From: Octopus vulgaris
Lineage: Eukaryota
Reading direction: 5' to 3'
Assembly (NCBI GenBank): GCA_951406725.2
Contig: OX597824.1
Coordinates: 2,232,001-2,296,000 of the forward strand
DNA length: 64,000 nt
Of this stretch, positions 27,476-40,721 are shown piece by piece; within the stretch, counting starts at the first letter, position 1, and every line of letters begins with the position of its first letter. The notes beneath the pieces were generated by a model, which searched no databases, had not been told where the DNA came from, and saw only the letters and a program-made list of their open reading frames with translations. A program made the translations under genes and the position numbers.

Positions 27476-28306
27476 TGGGCAGTCTATATCTGATATTCTT
27501 ACAAGAGACGAGAAGGGTGAGAGTAGGCGATGAGTTTGTGTGTGTGTCTTCATGCAAATGTGTTTGTGGGTGTGGATGTAGAGCCTCATGATGCTTGTAT
27601 GTGTGTTTGTGTTTTAATCAGTGAGTGTGCTCATTAGCCATCTGCGGCCTCTTATATGGGGGGAGGAGAATATTGTCGGGGGTGAGGTATAGGAGTGCGA
27701 ATCACTCTCTGTACGCTAATATCATTGCTAATTCACCTCGGCATGCCACCATGTTTATCTTTGGCAAGTTGACAGACAATTGTTTCCTGCCATTATACTC
27801 CCATCATTGTTTATTTAGCCTCTCCGCTAAACACCGAGAAGTCATCCCAAAGTATGTTGTATTCCGGTTCTTACAATACACCTCCATGCAATTTATGCTG
27901 TAGACAACATGTCTGGTCATACAGTTAGTACTAGGGTTCAAAGAAATACGATACACTTCCTATAAGTACATTGGGGTGGGGGAGAACAGGGTAGCAAATA
28001 TGTCTTCTGATGGTCCCACAAGACAATATATTATCTATAGTGTTTCAATGTAGTTTTGTCATAAGATCTTTGCATAATGAGTGATACTTAATTGATGAAA
28101 CCGATTTACATGTTGTTTTTTTTTATTATGGGGTATGACACAGAAGCATATTTGAGAGGAGAATGTTGACAACAAGTGATTTAGAAATCTATGTGCACAC
28201 GATTCAGTGGATGAATGTTAAAGTGCTCTGAGGAATAATGTTAATTATGGTTAACTCAGTAAATAGTGAAATAGTAAAGTTTAATTCTGGTGTTTACGTA
28301 TATGAG

Positions 28307-28380
<74 letters not shown>

Positions 28381-28385
<5 letters not shown>

Positions 28386-29690
28386 GGAATTTATACAAAA
28401 GCAAAAGACGAAGCAGGTGTATGAGTTTGAAGCTCGGAAATATGAAAATGTCTTTTATGTTTTGAGCTTAAGCTCTTCAGCAGAAAGGAATAAGAGAAAA
28501 TAAACAGAGAGAATGAGAGAAAAAAACGTAGATTTAGGGGGTCAGGCATAACGAATGATTAGTAAAAAATAAGTTGAAAGAAAGGGAGATAATAAAGTGC
28601 TGGTGATCCCAAATGAAGGTGCGCTTGCGTGTGTGTATATGTGAGGGTGGTGTGTGTGAATGCATAAGCGTGTTTTTGAATAGGGGCTCGTGACTCTGAC
28701 TCGTGTGAGTGCGTGTGTAACGAGTAGCTGCGCATACACTGGTACGTGTACTGACGTTATTGAACATTGTGTGTGGGTGGTGGGAGGTGGTCAGTGTATG
28801 GAGTGGTGTGGAGTGGTGTGGTTTGGTGTGGTATGGAGGTGTGGGGTAGGTACAATCGAAGAGAGGAAGTAGGTGTCAGATGAAGAGAGGAAGGGAGTTG
28901 AGCCCATGTGACATAAATGAGCGAAGAGAGAAGATTAATTCTGCTCACGGCGAAGGCTGATGTCCAGATGGCCCATGCGCAAAGACTGTCCGAACAGACA
29001 GATATTGTAGTGAATGACTGTAAAGCAGAAAGGGTGGAAGACCAGGGCGTGATGTCGAGATTTTCGAGGGAAGAATTAGAAATAGTGTAGGAGAATTCGA
29101 GAGCAGGATGGAAGGATTGTACAAAAGAGAGGAAAGAATCTAATTGCTTGCAGGAAAGAGAGGTCGCACTGATACAGTCGTTGATATAACGACCGTATAA
29201 TTCGGGAGTGGGATCAGTAAATCGTGAGAATATTTGGGCCTGAGCGTAGCCAACGAATTGGTTTGTACAATTAGGGTCCATTCTCGTTCCCCTGGCCAAT
29301 CCCGAATGTGTTGGTAAAAATAATCCGCGAACGGAGAGTTGAGGGAGAGAACAAGTTCAACCAGACGAAGAAGGGTGGAGGTGACAGGTTGGAGGTTAGC
29401 TCGAAGGCCCAGAATATATTTCAGCGCAAGAAGTCCTTTGTTGTGTGGGATCACCGTATATAAATTCCTGATATCAAAAGTGAAGAGAAGTTAGAGAAGC
29501 CAGGAGGGAAGGAGTCAGAGCCAAAGAGACGGAGAGCATGGTCAGTGTCGTGGATGTGGGATGGGAGGGGCAGTTTCAGGCGGAGACGGTGCGTGGAGTG
29601 CGGACAATGAGGTCGGAGGCGGTGGAAGGGAGATGGGAGGAGGAAATGAGTTCACGCATTGAGGAGGACACAGTCTGTTGGTATTTAAGC
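28381..29690 (-). mobile_element. Penelope-like retroelement (Neptune-type), internally deleted, with 3' terminal repeat
   Basis: LISSSHLPSTASDLIVRTPRT, LFTFDIRNLYTVIPH, ARGTRMDPNCTNQFVGY, YGRYINDCI, FHPALEFSYTISNSSLENLDI (RT motifs), then RREQ-LIFSLRSFMSHGLN (GIY-YIG C-terminus) and an HHR-bearing repeat at 28381-28530. Confidence 0.9.
28452..28487 (-). ncRNA. degenerate minimal hammerhead (family A) in PLE terminal repeat
   Basis: CUUU-CUGCUGA-A-GAGC(UUAA)GCUC-AAAACAUA-AAAG. Confidence 0.5.
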
Positions 29691-30399
29691 GTGATATATA
29701 TATGTATGTATATATGTATGTATGTGTATGTATGTATGCATGCATGTATGTATGTATGTATGTATGTATGTATGTACGTATGTATGTATGTATGTATGTA
29801 TGTATGTATATATGTATGTATGTATGTGTATATGCATGTATGTATGCATGTATGTATGTATGTACGTATGTGTATATGTATGTATGTACATATTCATATT
29901 CATATATACATACGCATAATACATATATAGATTTTGGTAACTGAATATGGTTGAAACGATATATCACCATCAAAACGAGTAAAAAAAAAGAAAAAGGTGT
30001 AAACAAAACTACTTAAAAAAAGTATACGGATAAAGAAGAACCTGATGAACGCATGAAAGGATGCATGTAAACGAGACGACGGGAGGGTTACTATGCGATG
30101 CTTTGACCTGGTAGAAATAGTAGCTAAATCTCACTCAAATACACACTGTATCACTGTATATAGACGGGAGAATCAGTGTTGAAATGCCTTTGATCTCAAT
30201 TGTGTTCGATCCGGGGTGAGGTGAGGTGGAGACACCATCAAAAATATAAAATAAAATAGAATACACACAAATAATAACAGACAGTTGCCTCTATGTTTCA
30301 AATAAATGCTTTATCAACATATGTTGTCACCAAATTACACATATCAATGAATGTGTGTGTGCGTGTACGCGCGGAGGGGGTTGTGTGTGTATGTGTGTG

Positions 30400-30440
<41 letters not shown>

Positions 30441-31040
30441 ATATACATGCATACAAATATATATGTGTGTGTGTGTGTGTAGAGATATGTACATATATGC
30501 ACGCAGGTATGCACACATTCGTATATATATATATATTGATGTATACATATAAAATATATATATATAAATATATGTATGTATATATATATATATACGTATA
30601 TATATATGTATACATATATATATATATACATATATATATATGCATGTATATATATATATATACGTATATATATATGTATACATATATATGTATTCATATA
30701 TATATACATATATACACATGCAAACATATACATATATATATCTATGTATAAATATACGCATATATATATATATATATGTATGTATGTATATATATATATA
30801 TATATACGTATGTATACATATATATATATATATATGTATGTATATATATATATATATATATGCATATATATACATGCAAACATATACATATATATATGTA
30901 TGTATAAATATATGTATATATATATTGTATCAATGACATATATACTTATATGTATATGAATATCAAAGTATTCATATATAGAGAAATATCTATTAAAACA
31001 CATATATATGTGTGTGTCTGTGTGTGTGTGTGTGTGTGAG
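30400..31040. repeat. degenerate TA/TG microsatellite block
   Basis: direct inspection. Confidence 0.9.
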
Positions 31041-34000
31041 CGTGTGTGTCATATACACTGGCGTAACGCATGTGATTGAAAAATAAGCTTAAATATTGCA
31101 CTTCAGTTGTAGGTTTTATTCTTCGGAATTATTAATAAATGGATGAAAAGAGTCATATTATAGTTTAGCAACCGTCTCTCTTCCATTGCTCTGCTTTTGT
31201 TTTCTACTGACTTATATGTGTCTATATTTCAACTTCAGCCACATGTGTATTCATTTACTGCATAGTTTTTAATATCAACAAAACAGCGGGGGTAGCCACG
31301 GCAGTGATTTGGCAATGGATATAGATTCCACGAAAACAAAGGGAACGTTTATAATAAGCATGTGAGGATAAAAGAGATTAATAAATACGAACAGGCAGAA
31401 ATTACAGTGATGTAGCTGATAGAACTGTTGATATAGATTCTAGCAGAACACAAATAGCGTGTAAAATAAACATATAATGAAAGAAAAAGAAGAGAGAGAG
31501 CGAGTGAGAGAGAGAAAGTAAGAGAGAAGGAATTGACTTTATAATTTTTGTATGTTTTGTGAGTAACTGGAATGAATTCTCGGGTGATTATGTGAATTGT
31601 TGCGGATACATTAGTATAATGACATCATCAGGTCTGTAATACCGATAGAGTGAAGATACAAAAATCAATAACGTAACTTTTTTCCCCCCTTCTGCTTATG
31701 TTCGAACAGATAAATCGTTTATGACTACCATTTGGAATTGTCTTTCAGACACAAAGATTGATTTCCCATTAATTTCTTTAGAAGTTTTGTTGGAAGTATT
31801 CGAGTCAACTCGGGTGAATTTGTAATTTCTAACTGAATCGTTATACGTTTATGTGTGACGGACAAAACTCTTATTCAAACACTACAGATTCATCAGAGAA
31901 CACACTGTAGTAAAAACTAAGAATCAATGGATTCCGAGCTAAAGCCGCAATGGTATTTCATGTCGATAGGAGACATATTGTTTCACATACGCTGCCAATG
32001 TTTTCGTATTGATCTAATAACTATTGAACAGGGAATCAGAATTAACAACAAAAAAAAAAACGGGCAAAATATTAACAGCTGATGCTTGACCTGTCACCTA
32101 TTTTGGTGTATGTTATTATAAAGACTTAGCTTCACCTAGTTTAATAGAGCTTAAATTCTTCACACCAAAATCTTACTACTTTTATAAAACATTCAGTGTT
32201 GACACATGTCACAAGTTATAAAATTCGACGTTAGTAAATTCATCAGATTCCTATATGTACGGGTCTACTCCATATTAAGCGAGTCAACCTCGCGACTGAC
32301 TGGAATTCCTTGCAGCAGTAGAAATATTGTGATCTCGCTTACTTAAACACCATATGCCGTCTTGAAGGCCCGCTCGCCCTGCAAACGAGGAGGCAACATT
32401 CGAAATGTACAATAGTGTGAGGAAGTGCATTGTGACTGGCGGTACATAATAACATCCGATAGTTAAGTCAAGAGAGCCTGAGCAGGCCGTTGACGATAAA
32501 GAAGTCTTCAAGGTGTCATTACTTCTCGATGTTTATAGTGTTAAGCGTAACGAAACGAAGTGCAGCCAGAAAGAAAATATGTTTTCTCTCCTTTAGACTA
32601 CACATAAAATAAAACTTAGCAAAATTGGTTTCTTCCACAAAATATTCTTAAAACTACAAGTCAAGATATTCCACTCTGCGAACATATATTTACCATTCAA
32701 GCACAGTTTATACGGCATCTTCAGACGTCACATTGTCCTTCCCCGTGATTTAAATACTCAATGGCAAAGATGAGCAAAATGTGAAACGCATAAGAATTCA
32801 TTCTCTTGAAATAATCTTTGCTCTGCTTGAATGCTCGAGAATGGTGAGTTGTTAATATATTGATCTGATGACACAAGGACCTTTCCCGAAAATTAGGAGT
32901 GGATGGCAGAATATAGCATACACACATACATTTGCGCTTTGTCACCATCAGAATACATTCGAGTTTTAATTACACTTGGGCCAACATTTGCAATATTTTG
33001 GAGTTGTATCTGTTCTTACTAAAAGTCGAACCCGGAACCTGAGTAGAGAAACATTATATGATTAACGGTTCCAATGTAGTAACTTTACAAGTAATTTTAT
33101 AAATGAATGCAGCCATATAAACACTCATAAACACACAAATACACATGCACATATATACACACAGATAACTACCTACCTACTAACTTGAATAACATACATA
33201 CATACATAAACACACACACACGCACATGCATACATGCATACATACATACAATATATACATGCATGCATACATATTTACATACATATACATACATACACTC
33301 TACTTATATTTTTGATTTGTTCTCTCATTGAAAAGATGTGGGATTCATTCTCGACAAACACCACAAAAAATATTCTCAATAATTTCTTAATACTGACTTC
33401 TAAATATAGCAATGAATTTGGCAGATTTTTGACAAAATGGATGTTTTGCCAAATGCCTTTTATATTTTGCTTTAATCTTTTGCTCAATAATTCATAAAAA
33501 TTACTGGTTGGGAATATTAATGGGATACTTTTCATTTGAAAACATGTAGCAGGCTGGAATGTTAGAAAGCAGAAACTAAGAATCAAATAATAAATCCAAC
33601 TAGTTATTGTCTAATCAGTTTTATTAAATTAAACTCTGGAATCTGTCGGCTTACTCAACCAGTGAAAATTATTAAAGCAAATCTGAGTGACAACTAATTA
33701 CCATGATAATACTCCGCCATGTTTGATGATGGCGGTTTAATTGCAGTTTTGAAAGCAATATTTCTGCTTTTATTGAGAATTCCAACGAATGTGACTGGCA
33801 TTTAGGGTTGTATTATTTAGGCACACATGTTTCCAAGTTATTGCAATACAGTAAAGTTTAAATATTTTTAGAGGTAGAAATAGCAGAATATTGACCTAAA
33901 TATGCTACAATACTTAAGATATATACTCGCGTTCAGAGTACAAATTCTGCAACGGTCAGATAATAAAACACAAACAAAGGTTATACACACGAATTGATTT

Positions 34001-34360
34001 AATCAAATATAATATTTTTTTCACATAAGTCCCTTCTAACATCGTTCATTCTAGTCCTTTCGTATTGTGCACCCAATTATTATTGAATTTGATTTGGCAT
34101 TTTTTATTGTACGGAGTAAAAAATATTCCTCAGTTCACACGCAAGGATCGGTTCAACCATTTGTTTCACCTCTTTAATCTTGTCAAGATTTTGAACGAGA
34201 GTTAAGAAAATTAATACAATTAACACGCAGAATTTGCATTGTGATCCTTATCTCTAGTCGGGACTACATAATTTCATTCACGTGAAAATAGGGAATGTGT
34301 AAGCCTCATGCTAATTTATTCTTTCCTTTCGAATTCAAATATCAATTATCCCAATTATGA

Positions 34361-34694
34361 AGGCGCGTGGCTTAGTGGTTAGAGTATTAGACTCTCGATC
34401 GTAAGGTCGTGAGTTCAATTTCTGAACACGCGTTGTGTCCTTGAGCATGACGCTTTACTTCACCTTATTCACCTGTCTATTCAGCTGGCAATGATGAGTA
34501 TGTGTAGTACCTGTATTTCAAAAGGTCAGCCTTGTCCCTTTCTGTGTCTCGCTGAATTTCCCCGAGGACTACGTTAAGGGCACATAAGACTGTGGAGTGC
34601 TCAGCCACTTACACGTTAATTTCACGTGCAGGCTGTTCCGTTCATCGAATCAACTGGGACCCTCCTCGTCGTAATCGACGGAGTACCAGTGCCA
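34361..34694 (+). mobile_element. tRNA-derived SINE
   Basis: A-box TGGCTTAGTGG, B-box GAGTTCAATTTC, core GCGTTGTGTCCTTGAGCATGACGCTTTAC. Confidence 0.85.
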
Positions 34695-36075
34695 GACTCA
34701 TAAGTGGAAAAGAAGGAGAGGAAGTTTAATAAAATGTTTGAAAATCAAGCTGAGATGTCGAATTTTGTGGCTCATTTCAAATCCCTAGATCAGCTAATAG
34801 CTTCAAGATATGCAGAGTATATTTTCCCTTTTGTAATCCCTAATATACAACAACCTTCAACATTTTTACAATCGAAATAAATCAATATCGTATCTCTTAT
34901 CAAGTTCAAGTCTCATGAGATGTGACGCCTCGGGGGCATTAAAATCGTTATCGATTTCCTCTTGAAAACCCGAAAAGTTGTGCGGGGTATCAAAAACCTA
35001 TATTATGTTGTTGTTTTTTTTTTGTTTTTATCTATGTAGTTGCAGTCTCTGAAGAAGCACTAAGTTTTCAAATAAGTTTTTATTCACAACTCGCTAGACA
35101 GAAATTCACTTTGTTTCCAGTTCTAAAGTTACTGGGGAAGACCATCTTGTTAAAATATCATTTTCTCATAATCCCTTAAAACACTGGGCCTCGTATAATA
35201 CTCTATAAACAATCGATACCTTGATCCTACTTAAAACCCAACTGCCAGCTAGGATGGACACACCGACAACTATTCGTCCAAACATGAATCCATATATCTA
35301 AAGTAAGCCTCGTTTGAAATTTTAAAGACCAATTAACACAGATTGTCCAAAATCAATCATATATCTATTCGATCTGACACACTGAAATCCAACCAGCTCA
35401 CTCAAACTGTTTTTTTTTTAACTAAAAACAAATATGTAATATACAACATCATTAGTATTCACCACTTATAGACCATGATTTACTTAACCGATTGTCTTTT
35501 GTAAAAATTTCTTTTTGATGTAGAATTCTTCAGTACAAGTTAAGCTTTTTCATTTCAAAGGAAATGGAAAAAAGTTTTGTGAGAGTGTGGGAGGCGGCGC
35601 CTGAATATATTTATTGATCTATTTGCTTAATGTTTCCCCTTCAACAGCACCGAATCGATACTTTAGAAGAGAATATAATACCCTGTATTATGTTTCACTT
35701 TCTATTCGATCTAACAGCAATTTAACTGTTTATTACCCTCACCATCACAAGCGTTCTTTTCTTTTTTTTTTTTAATAATTGTATTTTTCGTTATCACGTA
35801 TTCGCATATTTCACCACTCAAATATAATCTTTACATTGTTGGTTTATATATTTTGCATAATTTCGCCAGCTAAATCTTTTATCAACTTTATATCATTGGC
35901 TTTGAAGTTAGTTTATAGGATAAAATGCAAACTATTAGGCTCTTAAAAGAAAAGAGCTCCTTATTCCTTTTATGATTAGGTATTCATACATACACATTTG
36001 TATGCGCATCTACGTTTATGAATATATAAATATATATATATATATGTATATATGCGTGATATACATTATGCATTC

Positions 36076-36110
<35 letters not shown>

Positions 36111-36202
36111 TTTATGCTTGTGTATGTATGCGTGGACTGTACAGATAATTTCTAGAAAAAAGAGCATGGAAATCAGAACAACTTTGTGAGATTAGAGGTA
36201 TA

Positions 36203-37010
<808 letters not shown>

Positions 37011-37350
37011 TACGTGTTTCACGGATCTGGTTTTGTGCCGAATTAGTTATTTTCTTATCGAACCATAGACCGTAGTATAAGATGTTGCATATTCTGAACG
37101 TTCTATAGAAAAGTCTGTTTCTTTTTCTACACTTATATCTTCATTATTTTATTAAATACTTTCTGAATAACTTTTGATGAACTTAATAAAACTGTTTTCC
37201 TGCAATAAACGCACTTCTAGATTAAGATCAAGTTTTGCAAGGTCTGTTCTTAAATTCTTTGATATTCTTCCTAAAGGCCTAATGGTAACTGACAAGATGA
37301 TGACGATGCTTACTTCTCTGACCAAGAAAATCAGGAAATTTATCATTCAA
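37011..37350 (-). mobile_element. R4/Dong-like LINE extreme 3' end
   Basis: ILSVTIRPLGRISKNLRTDLAKLDLNLEVRLLQ then KTVLLSSSKVIQKVF (frameshifted), resembling IPVVIGALG...LQK..LL; 3' end abuts the (TAA)n array. Confidence 0.6.
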
Positions 37351-37719
37351 ACTTATATAAAGCTCTAATTTTTCCAAGGCAAAGTTGATCGAGACAATAT
37401 TAAAAACAGGACGCAAAACGCCGGAACAAAAGTCTGCAGCGTTTTTTTCCCCTTCTCTTCTGCTGTCTGAGTGATATGACCAATCTAACGCCGTTATGTG
37501 CGGCTGACCACAATCTTTTATATCAATGCCGAATACGCGTGTGTGTGTGTATGTGTGTATGTAAATCAGGCTGAAACCGGGTACAGCTCTCCGGCTTACA
37601 ACTTTCAGTCAAAAACTGCAGCCCGTGCCAGTAGGGAAACCAGACGTTAAATGATGATGATGAGAATGATAGAGATGATAGATTATAATCAAAATAAGCA
37701 ACAAGGATATCCAGAGGTA

Positions 37720-37807
37720 ATACAGTACGATCGTTTCATAGGACTCCATTTAAGTGTACAATGCAAATATTACATCAATTTTAATGTAGAGCAATCTTCA
37801 GCTGCAT
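37720..37807 (-). ncRNA. type I hammerhead with long stem II (family B)
   Basis: AUGCAG-CUGAAGA...GAAACGAUCGUA-CUGUAU; 6-bp stem I covaries with the 7680 copy; palindromic stem III. Confidence 0.65.
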
Positions 37808-37941
37808 AAAATTATAGAATGTAGTTAAATGTGAAGGACTCATTTGTATAATTTTTTATCCAAAATCACCAAGAGTATAAGGAAATAGACAAAGAAAAAG
37901 TTTTACCAACAACATCATAGTTGTAACTGAGATTTTGTCAA

Positions 37942-38060
37942 AACTTTCCTGGAAACTTCCGAGGTTGAGACTTCCTGGAAAATTCCGAGGATTTCTGGAA
38001 AGTTCCGAGGATGAGTCTTCCTTGAAAATTTCGAGGATTTCATGAAAAGTTCCGAGGATC
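37942..38060. repeat. minisatellite (TTCCTGGAAA..TTCCGAGG), about 5 units
   Basis: TT(C/T)CGAGG recurs every 20-29 nt. Confidence 0.8.
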
Positions 38061-38179
38061 ATACACACACATATATGCACTCACACACACATATATATAT
38101 ATACACAAACACACACACACATATATTTACATACAGGCGTGTATCTATCTATCTATCTATCTATCTACCTATCTATATA

Positions 38180-38510
38180 TAGTTGAAATTTGCAGAAAAA
38201 CAAAAGACGAAGGTAGGTGTATAAGCAGCAAACAGGTGTATTAGGGTTTAACGCTTGGGAAGGTGAGTCTTTTATGATTCGAGCTTACGCTCTTCAACAG
38301 AAAGGAACATGAGGAAATAGAGAGAGAAATAAACTTTTGGAGTTAACAGTACACACATACACACGTGTACTCTATTTCCGAGGAAGAGCGTTGCACGAAA
38401 CGTTAAACTATCATTCTTTCCTTCCCTGAGCGTCTGCTAATACTTAACATGTGCCACATCCTCGCTTTGTTGCTTTTTGTGTTTGTTGTTCTTCTTTTTG
38501 GGATTTACTA
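38180..38510. mobile_element. two opposed PLE terminal repeats, each with a degenerate HHR
   Basis: minus CUGUUGA-A-GAGC(GUAA)GCUC-GAAUCAUA at 38269-38304; plus CCGAGGA-A-GAGCGUUGCAC-GAAACGUU at 38375-38407. Confidence 0.65.
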
Positions 38511-38685
38511 TATATAATATATATATATACATATATAAATATATATATATATATATACACACACAATATTAGACACATATGTGTATAAATATATATAAAT
38601 ATTCTATAGAAATTTTGGGGGTGGGGAGCGAGTCGATTACATTGAACTCAGTACGCAACTGGTACTTAATTTATCGAACTCGACC

Positions 38686-38950
38686 TCGGCGCCCACAGCT
38701 TTTTAATATTCTCCCAAAGAGTCTGAAGAACTTGCACAAAGTAGATGTAGCAGTTTTTAAATCAAAGCTGGACATATTCCTGTCGAGAGTCCCAGATGAA
38801 CCTACCTCACGGCAAGAGGTGCAAATGAGAGTAGCTATATCAAATTCCATTCTTCACCAAGTGCCACATATTAGAAGAGGTTCTTCGTAATAACAGTGTA
38901 GCACAAGACGGCGGTACATCAGCATGGCCGCAGCTCTCAGCTGAAAAAAA
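38686..38950 (+). mobile_element. CR1-like LINE 3' end
   Basis: PQLFNILPKSLKNLHKVDVAVFKSKLDIFLSRVPDEP..SNSILHQ, short 3' UTR and A tail. Confidence 0.8.
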
Positions 38951-39850
38951 GTATATATAAGTATCTATTTATATTTAAGATCTTTAAATTGTAAATATTT
39001 TATAAGTCTTTGGTGTAATAATATTTTTCTTATGTAAATATCGCTGTTTATGTAATGATCTAATTATCGTAATTTTCTATGTTATTAGATATTAAATTTA
39101 AGTTTATTCGTAAGATATTACTTAGCGATAGATTTGTTGTTTGATAGCAAGTATACGAGGTGTCTAAAGTTAGGTTTTTGTATATACATGTATTAACAGT
39201 ATTAATTGTAGTTTTAAATTTCTTATAATTAAAATTAGATAAACTTTGATAAACTTAGATATGTTTCGACCAAAGATTGGTCCAGGCCATGTCTAACTTT
39301 ATAGCATAACTTAGTTATTGTCTTTTTAAATTGATATCGCTAGTTATTCCCATTGATAAATATATTTGTAGTATTTATAGTATTTATTCGATACTATATA
39401 ACTAGGAATTGAGTATTTTAAATAAGATTTCCGAAAGTTCGTTTAAGTTTGTTTGTATTTTTGAAATTAGCTATTCCATCTTTGAAAATTAATTTATTGG
39501 GTCTTTATTATATGTGCATATATATTTATTTATAGAGATTATTTTAGATCTTAATTATAATATTTATATACATTTATATATTTTCATTGATAATTTTTAT
39601 ATAATAGTCATTTTTTAAAAATATTTATGTAATTAGATATAGACTATTACCGATATTAGATTATTGGTGGGTTTCTTACATTATAAATTAAAATTAATAT
39701 TTAACATTATAATCGATTTTGGTATAATCATAAATGTTAAGTTTTAAGTTTCTAGTTTGATAATAGAGTTTATTATAAGTAAAATTATTATATTATATAT
39801 ATCTTAAAAATATTGTTTAAATATTTCTGATTATTTTTAAAATATTTAAA

Positions 39851-39950
39851 TTAACCTGAAGATTGACTGTAACCATAACTCGAATTATTAATTGAATTTA
39901 AATTATTGTTATTCGAATTGGTACAGCCATGAAACGATCGTAGTGTTTTA
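39851..39950 (+). ncRNA. hammerhead-like motif with long stem II (family B-related) in very AT-rich repeat
   Basis: CUGAAGA-U-UGACUGUAACCA...UGGUACAGCCA-U-GAAACGAUCGUA; stem I only 2 bp. Confidence 0.5.
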
Positions 39951-40301
39951 CTCTTTATCTTTTATTAAACTTTTAATACTTTTGATGTTTATAAAAAAAA
40001 ATTAATTAATTAATTAATTAATAAAATAATATATAAATATAAAAATATACATATATATATATATATTTGTATATATATATTTAAAATTTATAAGTTTAAA
40101 TTATTTAAATATTTTTTTTAATTTTTAACTTTTATATTTTTAAGTTAATTTTATGTATTGGCTTACGTTTTTTCACTGTTTGATTTGCCTAATAGTGGTT
40201 TTATCTCTAATTTAATATAATATAATATATTTATACTATAAAATTGGATTTAATCCTAAATCTAATTTTTCCCCTGTAAGTTTGGATTTATTCCCTAATC
40301 T

Positions 40302-40341
<40 letters not shown>

Positions 40342-40345
<4 letters not shown>

Positions 40346-40455
40346 CCAGCCACTACACCTTTTCCTATTTTCTCTCGCTGTTTATTCCTGTGTTCCTTTC
40401 TGTCGAAGAACATAGGCTCGAAACGTAAAGTCTTTCTCACTTTCCGAGCTTTAAA
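40342..40455 (+). mobile_element. solo PLE terminal repeat (family A) with minimal HHR
   Basis: CUUU-CUGUCGA-A-GAAC(AUAG)GCUC-GAAACGUA-AAG at 40396-40430. Confidence 0.7.
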
Positions 40456-40634
40456 TATATATATGTGTGTGTGGGGTGGGGTCTGTGTAGATATATAGAT
40501 ATATATATAGTTATACATTTATATCTATCTACCTACTATGCACCTATGCATCTCTCTCTCCCTCTCTATCTATCTATCACTTTATCTCTCTTTATCTCTC
40601 CATATATATATATACATAGAGACGGATAAGTGAA

Positions 40635-40721
<87 letters not shown>

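Noticed and set aside
30036-30080. CTGATGA followed by hairpin GCAT-GAAAGG-ATGC
   Set aside because: GAAA is replaced by GTAAA, and there is no cleavage triplet or stem I
37942-38060. CRISPR-like spaced repeats
   Set aside because: Spacers are short and similar to each other, no cas genes, eukaryotic context; a minisatellite
39255-39300. Minus-strand hairpin GACCA/TGGTC followed by GAAACATATC
   Set aside because: No CUGANGA-like core upstream
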